From the NCBI RefSeq assembly GCF_006345805.1, contig NW_021832715.1:38897-102896 (forward strand): DNA of 64,000 nucleotides. Direction: 5' to 3'. This document shows, one piece after another, positions 52,809 through 64,000 of the stretch (its first letter is position 1; every line of letters begins with the position of its first letter). The notes beneath the pieces are model-generated. The model searched no databases and was not told the DNA's origin. It saw only the letters and a list, made by a program, of their open reading frames with translations. A program made the position numbers and the translations under genes. The stretch comes from Octopus sinensis (taxonomy: Eukaryota).

Positions 52809-53577
52809 TGTGTTTGTGTGTCTGCATTTGTCCCCCCAACATTGCTTGACAACCGATGCTGGTGTGTTTATGTCCCTGTCACTTAGCGGTTCGGCAAAAG
52901 AGACCGATAGAATAAGCACTGGGCTTACAATGAATAAGTCCCAGGGTTGAGTTGCTTGATTAAAGGTGGTGCTCCAGCATAGTCGCAGTCAAATGACTGA
53001 AACAAGTAAAAGAGTAAAAGAGAGAGAGTAAAGAGTACACCGTTCGAAAGCTAGACCTGCCAAAGTACATCCGACATTCTACACAAGACACTTTAAATTC
53101 AAGATCTCTGTTGCAGTGTGTGCCAGATGATGATTGGTGAAATGCAAGGAGATGCACTCAACCTCTATGTCAGCATACAAAAACAAAACAAAGAAGATAG
53201 AGGCAAGTGATGGCAATGATGAGAATTATTTATCAAGCAAAAATATTGGGATCTCTATTAGTTTTGAAGAAGAGCATTCTATTGTTGAATTAACTCAGGG
53301 GTTCTCAACCATGAAGATATGTATGGATTACTATTTTATTCTGGTGGACACCCATAGCCATTTGATGTTTAAAAACTAGTTTTGTAGAAACTTTCAAAAT
53401 ACTAAGTTTGTTTATTTTTTTTTTTACACATTTATAGGTGCTTACCAGCTACATGGTTCTGGGTCCAGTCCCAGTGCATGGCACCTTGGGCAAGTGTCTT
53501 CTACTATAGCCTCGGGTCGACCAAAGCCTTGTGAGTGGATTTGGTAGACGGAAACTGAAAGAAGCCCATCGTATATA

Positions 53578-53631
<54 letters not shown>

Positions 53632-54399
53632 TATATACGATGGGCTTCTTTCAGTTTCCGTCTACCAAATCCACTCACAAGGCTTTGGTCGACCCGAGGC
53701 TATAGTAGAAGACACTTGCCCAAGGTGCCATGCACTGGGACTGGACCCAGAACCATGTAGCTGGTAAGCACCTATAAATGTGTAAAAAAAAAAATAAACA
53801 AACTTAGTATTTTGAAAGTTTCTACAAAACTAGTTTTTAAACATCAAATGGCTATGGGTGTCCACCAGAATAAAATAGTAATCCATACATATCTTCATGG
53901 TTGAGAACCCCTGAGTTAATTCAACAATAGAATGCTCTTCTTCAAAACTAATAGAGATCCCAATATTTTTGCTTGATAAATAATTCTCATCATTGCCATC
54001 ACTTGCCTCTATCTTCTTTGTTTTGTTTTTGTATGCTGACATAGAGGTTGAGTGCATCTCCTTGCATTTCACCAATCATCATCTGGCACACACTGCAACA
54101 GAGATCTTGAATTTAAAGTGTCTTGTGTAGAATGTCGGATGTACTTTGGCAGGTCTAGCTTTCGAACGGTGTACTCTTTACTCTCTCTCTTTTACTCTTT
54201 TACTTGTTTCAGTCTTTGACTGCGACTATGCTGGAGCACCACCTTTAATCAAGCAACTCAACCCTGGGACTTATTCATTGTAAGCCCAGTGCTTATTCTA
54301 TCGGTCTCTTTTGCCGAACCGCTAAGTGACAGGGACATAAACACACCAGCATCGGTTGTCAAGCAATGTTGGGGGGACAAATGCAGACACACAAACACA
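52809..54399. repeat. Spacerless 1,591-bp palindrome (inverted duplication) centred at 53604/53605
   Basis: ORFs 53134-53379(+)/53830-54075(-) and 53442-53678(-)/53531-53767(+) are identical mirrored pairs. The only difference seen on spot-checking is a 1-bp indel near 52993/54215. Confidence 0.97.
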
Positions 54400-54582
54400 C
54401 ACATGCATATATATATACATATATATGACGGGCTTCTTTCAGTTTCCATCTACCAAATCCACTCACAAGGCATTGGTCGGCCCGAGGCTATAGTAGAAGA
54501 CACTTGCCCAAGGTGCCACGCAGTGGGAATGAACCCGGAACCATGTGGTTGGTAAACAAGCTACTTACCACAAAGCCACTCC
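54172..54582 (-). mobile_element. Family A SINE, full length (its 3' half is mirrored in the left palindrome arm)
   Basis: Full family match. Confidence 0.9.
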
Positions 54583-54854
54583 GTGTATTTCCAAGCCAGG
54601 ATAGTGTTTTTATCTTCTTATTGTTAAGGCAGCAAGCTGGCAGAACTTTTAGCATGCTGGGTAGAATGCTTAGTGCCATATCATCCATTTTTCGCATTTT
54701 GAATTCAAATTCGATTAAGGTTGATTTTGCTTTTCATCCTTTTGGGATTGAAGGTACAGGTACCAGTTAAGCAGTGGGGTTGATTTAATCAACTTATTTT
54801 TCCCCACAAATTGCTGGCCGTATATCAAAATTCGAAACAATTAATTCTTTCGTC

Positions 54855-55017
54855 ATTATTATTATTATTATTCATTATTATTATTCATTATTATTATTAT
54901 TATTCATTATTATTATTATTATTCATTATTATTATTATTATTATTATTATTTATTATTATTATTATTTATCATTATTATTATTATTATTATTATTTTATT
55001 ATTATTTATTATTATTA

Positions 55018-55062
<45 letters not shown>

Positions 55063-55134
55063 TATTATTTATTATTATTATTATTTATCATTATTATTTA
55101 TTATTATCATTATTATTATTATTAACATAACTAG
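54855..55134. repeat. Imperfect (TTA)n microsatellite, ~280 bp
   Basis: Direct reading of the sequence. Confidence 0.95.
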
Positions 55135-55894
55135 TGCTCCATTTAGTATTCTTGGCTTTTAGTTTCATGCTTCACATCCTAATAATTACAATTTCACAAT
55201 TCTTGAACTTTCACTGATTTTCTTTCTCCTTTTTTATTTTTTCTTTATTTATTTTTGTGTTTGAGCAGTGGTTTTGCTCAGAAGGGGATTAGGATGTCTA
55301 TTAGAGTGCAAACATTTTCGCTTCAGTCCTTGATAATTATATTTGGATGTTTTTATTCTCTCTTTTATTTTTTTTTTCCTCGCTTTTGTTTTTATTTTCA
55401 CATCAAAGTATCAGCACATTGCCCTATGGACGTAACTGTTGATTCATTCAGGTCTGTAAATATATTTAGATTGCTAAGGACTACACAGCCATAAATGATA
55501 AAGTCAATTTTCTCATTTCACTGGTTGCATAATCTGTACTTGGTATTAGCATAATTTTTACATTATTTTTTATGGAATTATCATTGACTAGGTATCATTC
55601 CTATGTAGATAAAAATCAGGCTTGTTGTTTCTGCTTTTACCCCAGAGCTTTGACACATCATTGGTTTTCAGTTTGGTTTACTTCATTGCTATCAAGGTTT
55701 TTAAGCTATTGGCCATAGAGTGGTTTTTGTTTTCTTTTTCTCCATTTTTTTCCTTTAGGATATTTTAACATTCTGTTTTGTCTTTCTCTTTCTTTTTTTT
55801 ATTCAACCTTGGCTATTTTTTTGTCTTTATTGAACTCCTTTTCTTTAGTGTAGTTAGTTTCCAGTTCTTTATTGTTTTCTTATATATATATATA

Positions 55895-56180
55895 TCATCA
55901 TTCATCATCATCGTTTAACATCCGCTTTCCATGGTAGCATGGGTTGGACGATTTTGACTGAGGGCTGGCGACCAGATGGCTGCACCAGGCTCCAGTCTTG
56001 ATCTAGCAGAGTTTCTACAGCTGGATGCCCTTCCTAACACCAACCACTCTGAGAGTGTAGTGGGTGCATTTACGTGCCACCGGCACGGGGCCAGTCAGGC
56101 GGCACGGGACCAGTCAGGCGGCACTGGCAACGACCTCGCTCGAATCTTTTACTTACCACACAGCCACTCCTGCACCTATG
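55895..56180 (-). mobile_element. Chimeric SINE: ~27-nt family A 5' end joined to a family D body
   Basis: Minus strand ggtgcaggagtggctgtgtggtaagta runs directly into aaaagattcgagcgaggtcgttgcc. Confidence 0.75.
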
Positions 56181-56518
56181 AGTGTATGTGCTTTTTTGTG
56201 TTGGCCTCTTGATCTTGTCGTCACATGCTGATCGTAAACAGAGTACCATTGTCATACAAGCGGTGCTGTTTGTTTGTAATCTTTATTGGAAACATGTTTA
56301 GGCAAGTTGAAATATTAGTTTGTTTGGAAAGGGGTGCATCTGGTAACTGATGGAGCATCCAGCCATAAGATAACCTACCTTACTGAATCCCATCTGATGT
56401 ATGCAAGCATAGTAAAAAAAAAAGGTGTTATAATAATGATGATGGTGATGATGATCGTTTTCACTTTGTAGTAGCTTTCTAGTTCTCCCTATGAATGAGG
56501 CAGGTGTATTCTATATAT

Positions 56519-56747
56519 ATTTCTTTACTACCCACAAGGGGCTAAACGCAGAAGGGACCAACAAGGACAGACAAAGGGATTAAGTCGATTACAAGACCCC
56601 AGTGCGTAACTGGTACTTAATTTATCAACCCCGAAAGGATGAAAGGCAAAGTTGACTTCGGCGGAATTTGAACTCAGAACGTAATGGCAGACGAATATGG
56701 CTATGCATTTCACCGAGCATGCTAACGCTTCTGCCAGCTCGCCACCC
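56519..56747 (-). mobile_element. Family B SINE
   Basis: Full length; tattctatatatat on both sides. Confidence 0.88.
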
Positions 56748-56809
56748 TTATATTCTATATATATCAACTTTGAGATGGTGGCTCCAGAACTCTGTTAGAA
56801 GTTTCCTGC

Positions 56810-57095
56810 TTTCCCATCTCTCCATCTTTTCTACCCTCTGTACCTGTGAGGGTTGTGGCATCAGTCCTCAAACACCCACTCCGTAAGGTCCTATCAGAAG
56901 CAAATGTCATTAGTCTTTTTAGTTGGATTCTCAAGCATGACCAACTGAGATTATCCAACCATCTCATTTTGGGGCTTTCCCTGGGTCTCCAGTCAGTTGG
57001 TTTGGCTTGAAGAATGTCCTGCAGTTGTTTTCTGCAACATTCTAATCGCATGTCTATTGTTCTGCAGATATGACCTCTCAATGCAGATGAATAGC
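56810..57095 (-). pseudogene. 3' end of an RTE-clade LINE ORF
   Basis: LRGHICR...ILQAKPTDWRPRESPKMRWLDNLSWSCL...FASDRTLRSGCL matches the RTE C-terminal W.GH..R...RP.GRP..RW.D...A.DR..WR pattern. Confidence 0.8.
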
Positions 57096-57780
57096 AGCTT
57101 ATCATTGTGTGACAATTGCAGCATGGAAGGTGTTTATAAGCCATTTAAGAAACACACAAAAACCATTAGATTCACTTCAACATTTAAATTTAATTTGTCA
57201 AAATATTTTTGTCGCTTTGAGACCGCGACCTGTTCACTGACAAAGCTTCATGCTGCAATTGTTTTCGTTCCAGCACACAATCTCAGATCAAGTCACTCAC
57301 TATGCAAGTACATCTCCGTAATTGTGTGACAGTTGTAAGCAAATGTTACTGTCATATAAGGGAAGTCTTTTGTGTAGCAATCTTCCATGAAAACATGGTT
57401 GGTCATGGGAAGAAAAATTACTGTACTTGAAAACAAGAAAAAGGTTGGCAAGATGAAGGGCATCCAGCCATGCAAAAGTCTGCCTCAGTAAATTCTGTCT
57501 TGCCCATGCAAGCATGGAAAAGCGGACATTAAATGATGTATGTGTGTGTGTTTGTATGTGCATAAATGTGAGTGCCATTTTGTTTGTCTCTACACTGCTT
57601 GGAAACCAATGTTCCTTTGTTTACATGCGTGTATCTTAGTAATTCGGAAGAAGAGACTGATAGCATATGTACCAGACTTAAAAATTGGATACTGGGGGCC
57701 AACTTGTTCAACTGAGCCCTCTAAGGAAGTGCTCCAGCATGGCTGCAATCCAATGACTGAAACAAGTAAAAAAATATATA

Positions 57781-57825
<45 letters not shown>

Positions 57826-58464
57826 ATATTCGGAATGGTCATATTGCCAGTTTAGCCAACAAATATTTAAACGTATATATATATATATTAAAGACATTCG
57901 CTATATCTGAGTTTTCAGTTCAGTCATACTGGATAACATCTTGCACAAGATCAGTGGAAACTGTGTAGAAGCCCATCATATATATATTTGTGTGTGTGTA
58001 CATGTTTGTGTTTGACTCTCATTCATGGCAAGCAATGTTGGTTTATTTACATTCCTGTAACTTAGTTGCAATAAGAAACTGAGGAACATGACTAAATAAC
58101 AAATTTAAAACAAAAATGTACTACTGTATTTTTGATCATCCAAATCCTTCAAGGTGGTGGTCCAATGTGGCCTCAGTCCAGTATCTGAAATAAGTAAAAG
58201 AATTGTGTGTGTCTGTATATTGTGTGTGTGCATGCATGCATGCACACGTGTGTATGTATATATGTGTATGTGTGTATACCTGATATACATGTGTGTATGT
58301 ATATATGTGTGTGTGTGCATATGCATGTGTGTGTGTGTATGACAGCAAGGTGTGATTTGGCTGCTCTTTCTAGCAGATCGAAAAACCATGTAACTTCTCA
58401 TTCCCTCATTGATTGCTTCCTTTTTACTTTATGGCAGTTCTTGCAGCTAAACTACATAAATAAA

Positions 58465-58600
58465 TTACCAAACTGTTGTTGTTGTTCTACATTCCTTTGG
58501 TGGTCTGTCTACACTATTGCTATAGAAACCATAGACGTGAAGATTCTGACACCTGGTCAACCAATTATCTTTTCGCATACAATGTCCATGTCGTGGTTGG
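58465..58600 (-). pseudogene. Old RTE-like C-terminal fragment
   Basis: RHGHCMRKDNWLTRCQNLHVYG...RPPKEC; weak motif match. Confidence 0.35.
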
Positions 58601-59057
58601 TGCCTTTGGATGAGGAAGTGTGATGGATGTGGAGGCCTGGGGGGGAGGGGTGCAGTTTACGGCTAGGGTGAGTGCAATCAAGTGCTGTGCTTAATTCAAA
58701 GCTTGTCACAAATAAAGGAGGCCTTTCAATTTCTAGGTTAAATTAGAGACAAAACCTTTCACTAGTGCCCTCGTTACTGCTGCTTGTGCCACTGCTGCTG
58801 CTACTACTGTTGTTGTTGCTGTTGTTGCTAGCTGATGCTTTTAATGGCGCTGATACTGGTGGTGGTGTTGCTGATACTTACAACCAGTATTAAGTACTGT
58901 GGTTACATTGAATAAGACTGGCTGTACTGTTTCTTTCTTTGGCATATCTTCTCACTTTCCCTTTACACACACACACATGCGCGCGCGCGTGAGTTTTAGT
59001 TCTGTTTTGTAATAGTTTCATTCACTAGAATAATATAGCACACAGGAATAATAATCT

Positions 59058-59478
59058 CTCTTTTACTCTCTTTTACTTGTTTCAGTCATTTGACTGTGGC
59101 CATGCTGCAGCACCACCTTTACTCGAGCAACTCGACCCTGGGACTTATTCTTTGTAAGCCCAGTACTTATTCTATCGGTCTCTTTTGCCGAACCGCTAAG
59201 TAACGGGGACATAAACACACCAGCATCGGTTGTCAAGCAATGCTAAGGGGACAAACACAAACACACATATATACACATACATATATATATATAGAAATAT
59301 ATACATATATATATCGGGCTTCTTTCAGTTTCCGTCTTCCAAATCCACTCACAAGGCTTTGGTCGGCCCGACGCTATAGTAGAAGACACTTGCCCAAGGT
59401 GCCACGCAGTGGGAGTGAACCCGGAACCATGTGGTTGGTAATCAAGCTACTTATCACACAGCCACTTCTGCACCTATA
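59058..59478 (-). mobile_element. Family A SINE, full length
   Basis: Full family match. Confidence 0.9.
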
Positions 59479-59489
59479 ATAATAATAAT

Positions 59490-60745
59490 CTTTTCTACTA
59501 AAGGCACAAGGCCTGAAATTTTGGGGGAGAGAGTCTAGTTGATTAAATCAACCCCAGTGTTTCACTGGTAATTAATTTATCAACTCCAAAAGGATGAAAG
59601 GCAAAACTGACCTTGATGGAATTTGAACTCGAAACATAAGAATGGACAAAATGCTGCCAAGCATTTTACTCAGTGTGCTAACTATTCTGCAAGTCTGCCA
59701 TCTTCCATGTCAGCTCATCGATCCTTTCTACTATAGACATAGGCCTGAAATTTTGGAGGAAGAAGTTAATCAATTACATCGACCCCAGTACTTGACTGGG
59801 CCTTATTTCATTGACCCTGAAAGGATTAAATTTGAACTCAGAATGTAAGGCCAGAAGAAATACTGCTAAGCATTTTGGTCCAGTACAATAACAATTCTGC
59901 CAACTTCCCGCCTTTCACAGTTTTAAATTTTGGTACAAGGCCAGCAGTTTTTGAGGGAGGGAATGTTGATTATAGTGTCCCTTGTACTTGACTGGTATTT
60001 ACTTTATTAACCCCAAAAGAATGAAATGTAGAGTCACCCTTGGAATTTGAACTCAGAATGTAATGATGGACAAAATACTTAAAATGCTTAGCAGCATTTT
60101 GTCTGGCATGCTTATGATTCTACCTTAATATTTCTTTCTACTATAAGAACAATGTCCGAAATTTTAATGGGGTGGTTTCTGATTTAGACACAATGCCAGC
60201 AATCTTTGGAGGAAACAGAATTAGTCAATATCATCAACTTCAATGTTTGACTAGTACTTTATTTTGTCCCTGAATTGCATAGAAGACACAGCCTGAAGAA
60301 ATATCTCGTATTTAACTTAGGCACAAGGTTAGCGATTTTAAGGGGAAAAGCTCATCAATACCTATTTCTTTACTACCCACAAGGGGCTAAACATAGGGAG
60401 GACAAACAAGGACAGACAAACAGAATAAGTCGATTATATCGACCCCAGTGCATATCTGGTACTTAATTTATCGACCCCGAAAGGATGAAAGGCAAAGTCG
60501 ACCTCGGCAGAATTTGAACTCCGAACGTAGCGGCAGACGAAATATTGCTAAGCATTTCACTCAGCGTGCTAACGTTTCTGCCAGCTCACCGTCAATTGCA
60601 GTACTTGACTGGTACCCTATTTTATTAATCCCCAAATGAATGAAAACAAAGTTGACCTCAGCAGGATTTGAACACAGAGCATCAGAAAAAAATATTTTCT
60701 GGTAATTAATCTGACCTCTTGCATTCTAACTATTCTGCCACTACT
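59490..60745 (-). mobile_element. Head-to-tail cluster of about six family B-related SINE copies of differing age
   Basis: The motif cccagt..ttgactggta..tattttatt.acccc.aaaggatgaaa...atttgaactcagaa recurs near 59550, 59780, 59980, 60230, 60440 and 60600. Confidence 0.75.
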
Positions 60746-60749
60746 ACTA

Positions 60750-61010
60750 CTAATAATTAAAATAATAATAATAAGAATATTTGATCTAACTACTGTTAAA
60801 TGACGTCTCTGGAGGAGCATTGACAGATGTTATAGTCAGGAATGTGCTGCATGTGAATCCAAAGGTACAATTTTCAGTGATTTGATAAAACTAATAATAA
60901 TGATAAATGAGTAATGTTAGACATAACTACTGTTAAATGAAGACCCTGGAGGGGAATTAACAGATGTTATTGTCAGGAACATGGTACAAATTCAGAAAGA
61001 TTCAGTTGTT
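60750..61010. repeat. Diverged 137-bp tandem duplication
   Basis: aactactgttaaatga..ctggagg...acagatgttat.gtcaggaa at 60788 and 60925. Confidence 0.8.
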
Positions 61011-61477
61011 AGTGAGGTGACTGTATTACTGATTATAAATATGCAGGAGTTAAAAACTGGTTATTGATTTTTCTCAGAAGGCGATAAATTTCTTTGAAAA
61101 GGATATAACAATATATAAACAGACAAAGCAGAGAAAATATTTATGGTCGAGGTTTGGTAACAAAGGCTAAAATTGGCAGCAGTGTGTTAAAGACTTGTGG
61201 TTCTTACAGCCAATACTACAAAGAAACCAGAATAATTCTGATTTAGATGCAAGACTAACAATTTGAATTGAGGGGTTTAGTAGAACACATCAATCTCTGT
61301 ACCAGACTGGCACTAGTATTTCATTGTATCGACCCTGGAGTGATGAAAGGCAAAGTTCTTCTCAGAAGGATTTGAACACAGAATGTAATACGCTGCATCA
61401 AATACAAGGCATTTTGTTGTCCAAAATTTTTAATGGTTCTGTCAAACTACCAGCCAGAAATTGACAGCAATGCATTA

Positions 61478-61700
61478 AAGACTCTTTAAAACATCCAGAT
61501 TACTCTGTCAAATATTATGCTTTATTTATTCATATTGTTTTAAATCAATCCTGTATTAACTCCTGGCTTCAAGATTTCGATGATGTAATTGTTTAGCTTT
61601 AAAATGACATTGTAGGGTAGGTGTGAAAGGCAGGATCTAGTTGCTTTGAATATAAAACGGAATATTTAGGTTTGATATGGCTGGTTTAAATGCTAAAGGG
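61478..61700. mobile_element. Family F MITE, degraded termini
   Basis: Internal similarity to 294-521. Confidence 0.65.
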
Positions 61701-62150
61701 ATGGATAAAGACCCTTTGTAGTTCTTTATAACTGATTTTCACAAAACAATGGCAAAATAATAATAATAATATCTATAAATACCATGTAAACGATAAAGGC
61801 ACACAGATAAAACAGTTATTACATGATTCAGTGGATGAGTTTGGAAATTATAGTTTCTATGTGTTTATTATATCAATGGCGTTTCTTTTTATTATTTATA
61901 TATAAGTTAATCGAAAACTTAACAGATGTCTTTTTATTTTGTTATGCCTTTTTAGCAAGTTTGTTTTATTAGGAAAAACTTTTTTTAAAGAAATTGCTTG
62001 TTTGAGTAATTTCTTGTGAATGATGATTGCATTGTGAGATTGCATGAATATCTGGGAGTATAAGGATATTTGGCTTTATCATAGTTGCTTTATAAATCTA
62101 TTGAGCCAACAGAAATTTGGATACAATACCCAGATAAAATTTACAGTAAG

Positions 62151-62183
<33 letters not shown>

Positions 62184-62861
62184 GTGCATATAATTATTCA
62201 CATTTCTGTTATGTGCTCTTTGCCATTTGAGTTTTTTTTTTTCATTTTTTTCTTTTCTTATTGATGTGTCTTGTTTTCCTTTACGTTTTTCAATGTATAT
62301 TATATTTTATATAAAAATCATGTAACTGTGCACACAATATCGCTGAGCAGATAAACAATTAACTAATCTTATCTTTCCTGCTTTTCCTGGCCTAGCATGT
62401 CTTGAAACGGTTATGAGCATTGCCCGATAACATCCAATAATAAAACTTCTATGCAGATAATTCTGGAAGTAGAAATTGGATCAATATATCAATAGATAGA
62501 TCAATGGATCAATAAATATCTGCAATCCTGCAATTGCCTTATCACTATTTCTCTTATTTTTAGAAGTGAAGTGTTATTTTACCAAAATATTGATTTCTTT
62601 TATCTACCTACCATACCAATGGTGTATGTGTGTGTATGCACACACACACACACACACACACACAATGAATTTAATTGAACCTGAGTATATTACTGGCATG
62701 GCTTCCCACCCACATAGTTCTGGGTTCAGTGCCTTTGTGTAGCACCGTGTGCATATGTCTTCTACTATAGCCTTGGGCTGGCTAGAGCCTTGTAAGTATA
62801 TTTGGTAGACAGAAACTGAAAGAAGCCAATTCACTGTGTGTGTATGAAAGAAGCCCAAGAA

Positions 62862-63448
62862 GGCGGCGAGCTGGCAGAAACGTTAGCACACCGGGCGAAA
62901 TGCTTAGTGGTTGTCTGCCATTACTACGTTGTGAGTTCAAATTCCGCCAAGGTCGACTTTGCCTTTTATCCTTTTGGAGTTGAATTAATAAGTACCAGTT
63001 ACACACTGGAGTCGATATAATCGACTTAATCCATTTGTCTGTCCTTGTTTAGCCCCTTGTGGGTAGAAAAGAAATAGGTATTTCGTCTGCCGCTACATTG
63101 TGAGTTCAAATTCTGCCGAGGTCGACTTTGCCTTTCATCCTTTTGGGGTTGAATTAATAAGTACCAGTTACGCACTGGAGTTGATGTAATCAACTTAATC
63201 CGTATGTCTGTCCTTGTTTGTCCTCTCTGTGTTTAGCCCCTTGTGGGTAGTAAAGAAATAGGTACTTCGTCTGCCGCTACATTGTGAGTTCAAATTCCGC
63301 TGAGGTTGACTTTGCCTTTCATCCTTTTGGGGTTGAATTAATCAGTACTAGTTATGCACTGGGGTCAATATAATTGACTTAATCCATTTGCCTGTCCTTA
63401 TTTGTCCGTCCCCTCTGTGTATAGCCCCTTTGTGGGCAGTAAAGATAT
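62862..63448 (+). mobile_element. Family B SINE with one head and three tandem bodies
   Basis: Junctions aaagaaata-ggtaYttcgtctgcc at 63077 and 63261 (period 184 bp). Confidence 0.92.
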
Positions 63449-64000
63449 AAGAAACTGAAAGAAGCCCATTGTGTGTGCATGTGTATGTATATAAAGAGTA
63501 TGAGGAGTTTAATTCATTGATGATCTAAACCAATAGGTACCCTGCATAAGTGCTATAATTGGTCACCTGTTAGGTGCCAAATGCACAGCTGAGGCTGGAG
63601 CTAGGGATCTGTAGTAGGCTTCTGAGTCATACACTGGATATTCCATCATCAGAGATGAGGTGTGTATGCAGGAAGGTTCCAGACAGGGAATTTACTGTAG
63701 ATAGAAGAATATAGACAGAAGAATAATAAATTTCACAAATCATCATGTTCTGAAGGCTAAGGAGGTTTGTCCTTATTTCCATGAAGGTATATGTCCTTAA
63801 GTAAATCCAAGCAGTATTTTAAGTTATGCATTCAGATTGAAGGAATAGATCTTGCAGTTAGCATTCTTGTAGACAGTGTATGAAAAATTAACAGCAGGGG
63901 TATATACTTTCAGACAGTTTATATATACCCTTGCTGCTCACACAAACACTAACTGCTAGATCTATTCCTTCAGTCTGAATGCATCACTCAAATTACTGCT

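Noticed and set aside
53134-54075. Identical 81-aa ORFs on opposite strands as a duplicated gene
   Set aside because: A consequence of the palindrome; no recognisable domain or splice context.
63570-63690. Minus-strand exon-like segment with a good acceptor
   Set aside because: Stops in all three frames, and part of it resembles a repeat near 41470.

Overview
AT-rich, repeat-dominated animal DNA with no prokaryotic features and no long genuine ORF. The SINE families and the dense (TA)n/(CA)n/(TAA)n/(GAT)n microsatellites look like an octopus (coleoid cephalopod) genome; this is recognition from memory, not a database result. Almost every ORF in the supplied track is a translation of a microsatellite or SINE. 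What the sequence does support: (1) at least four tRNA-derived or SINE-like families in many copies, some nested and some with clear target-site duplications; (2) TTAA-flanked piggyBac-type MITEs, often in adjacent pairs; (3) three 3' fragments of R4/Dong-like restriction-like-endonuclease non-LTR retrotransposons lying in or next to (TAA)n/(GAT)n repeats, plus two RTE LINE fragments; (4) a weakly supported chain of short minus-strand exons, so the window may be mostly intron. The most striking observations are a spacerless 1,591-bp palindrome (52809-54399) whose centre and left end lie in (AT)n tracts, smaller fold-back hairpins at retroposon ends, and four to five minimal type-I hammerhead-ribozyme-like motifs in short microsatellite-associated elements, one of them downstream of a tRNA-like head.
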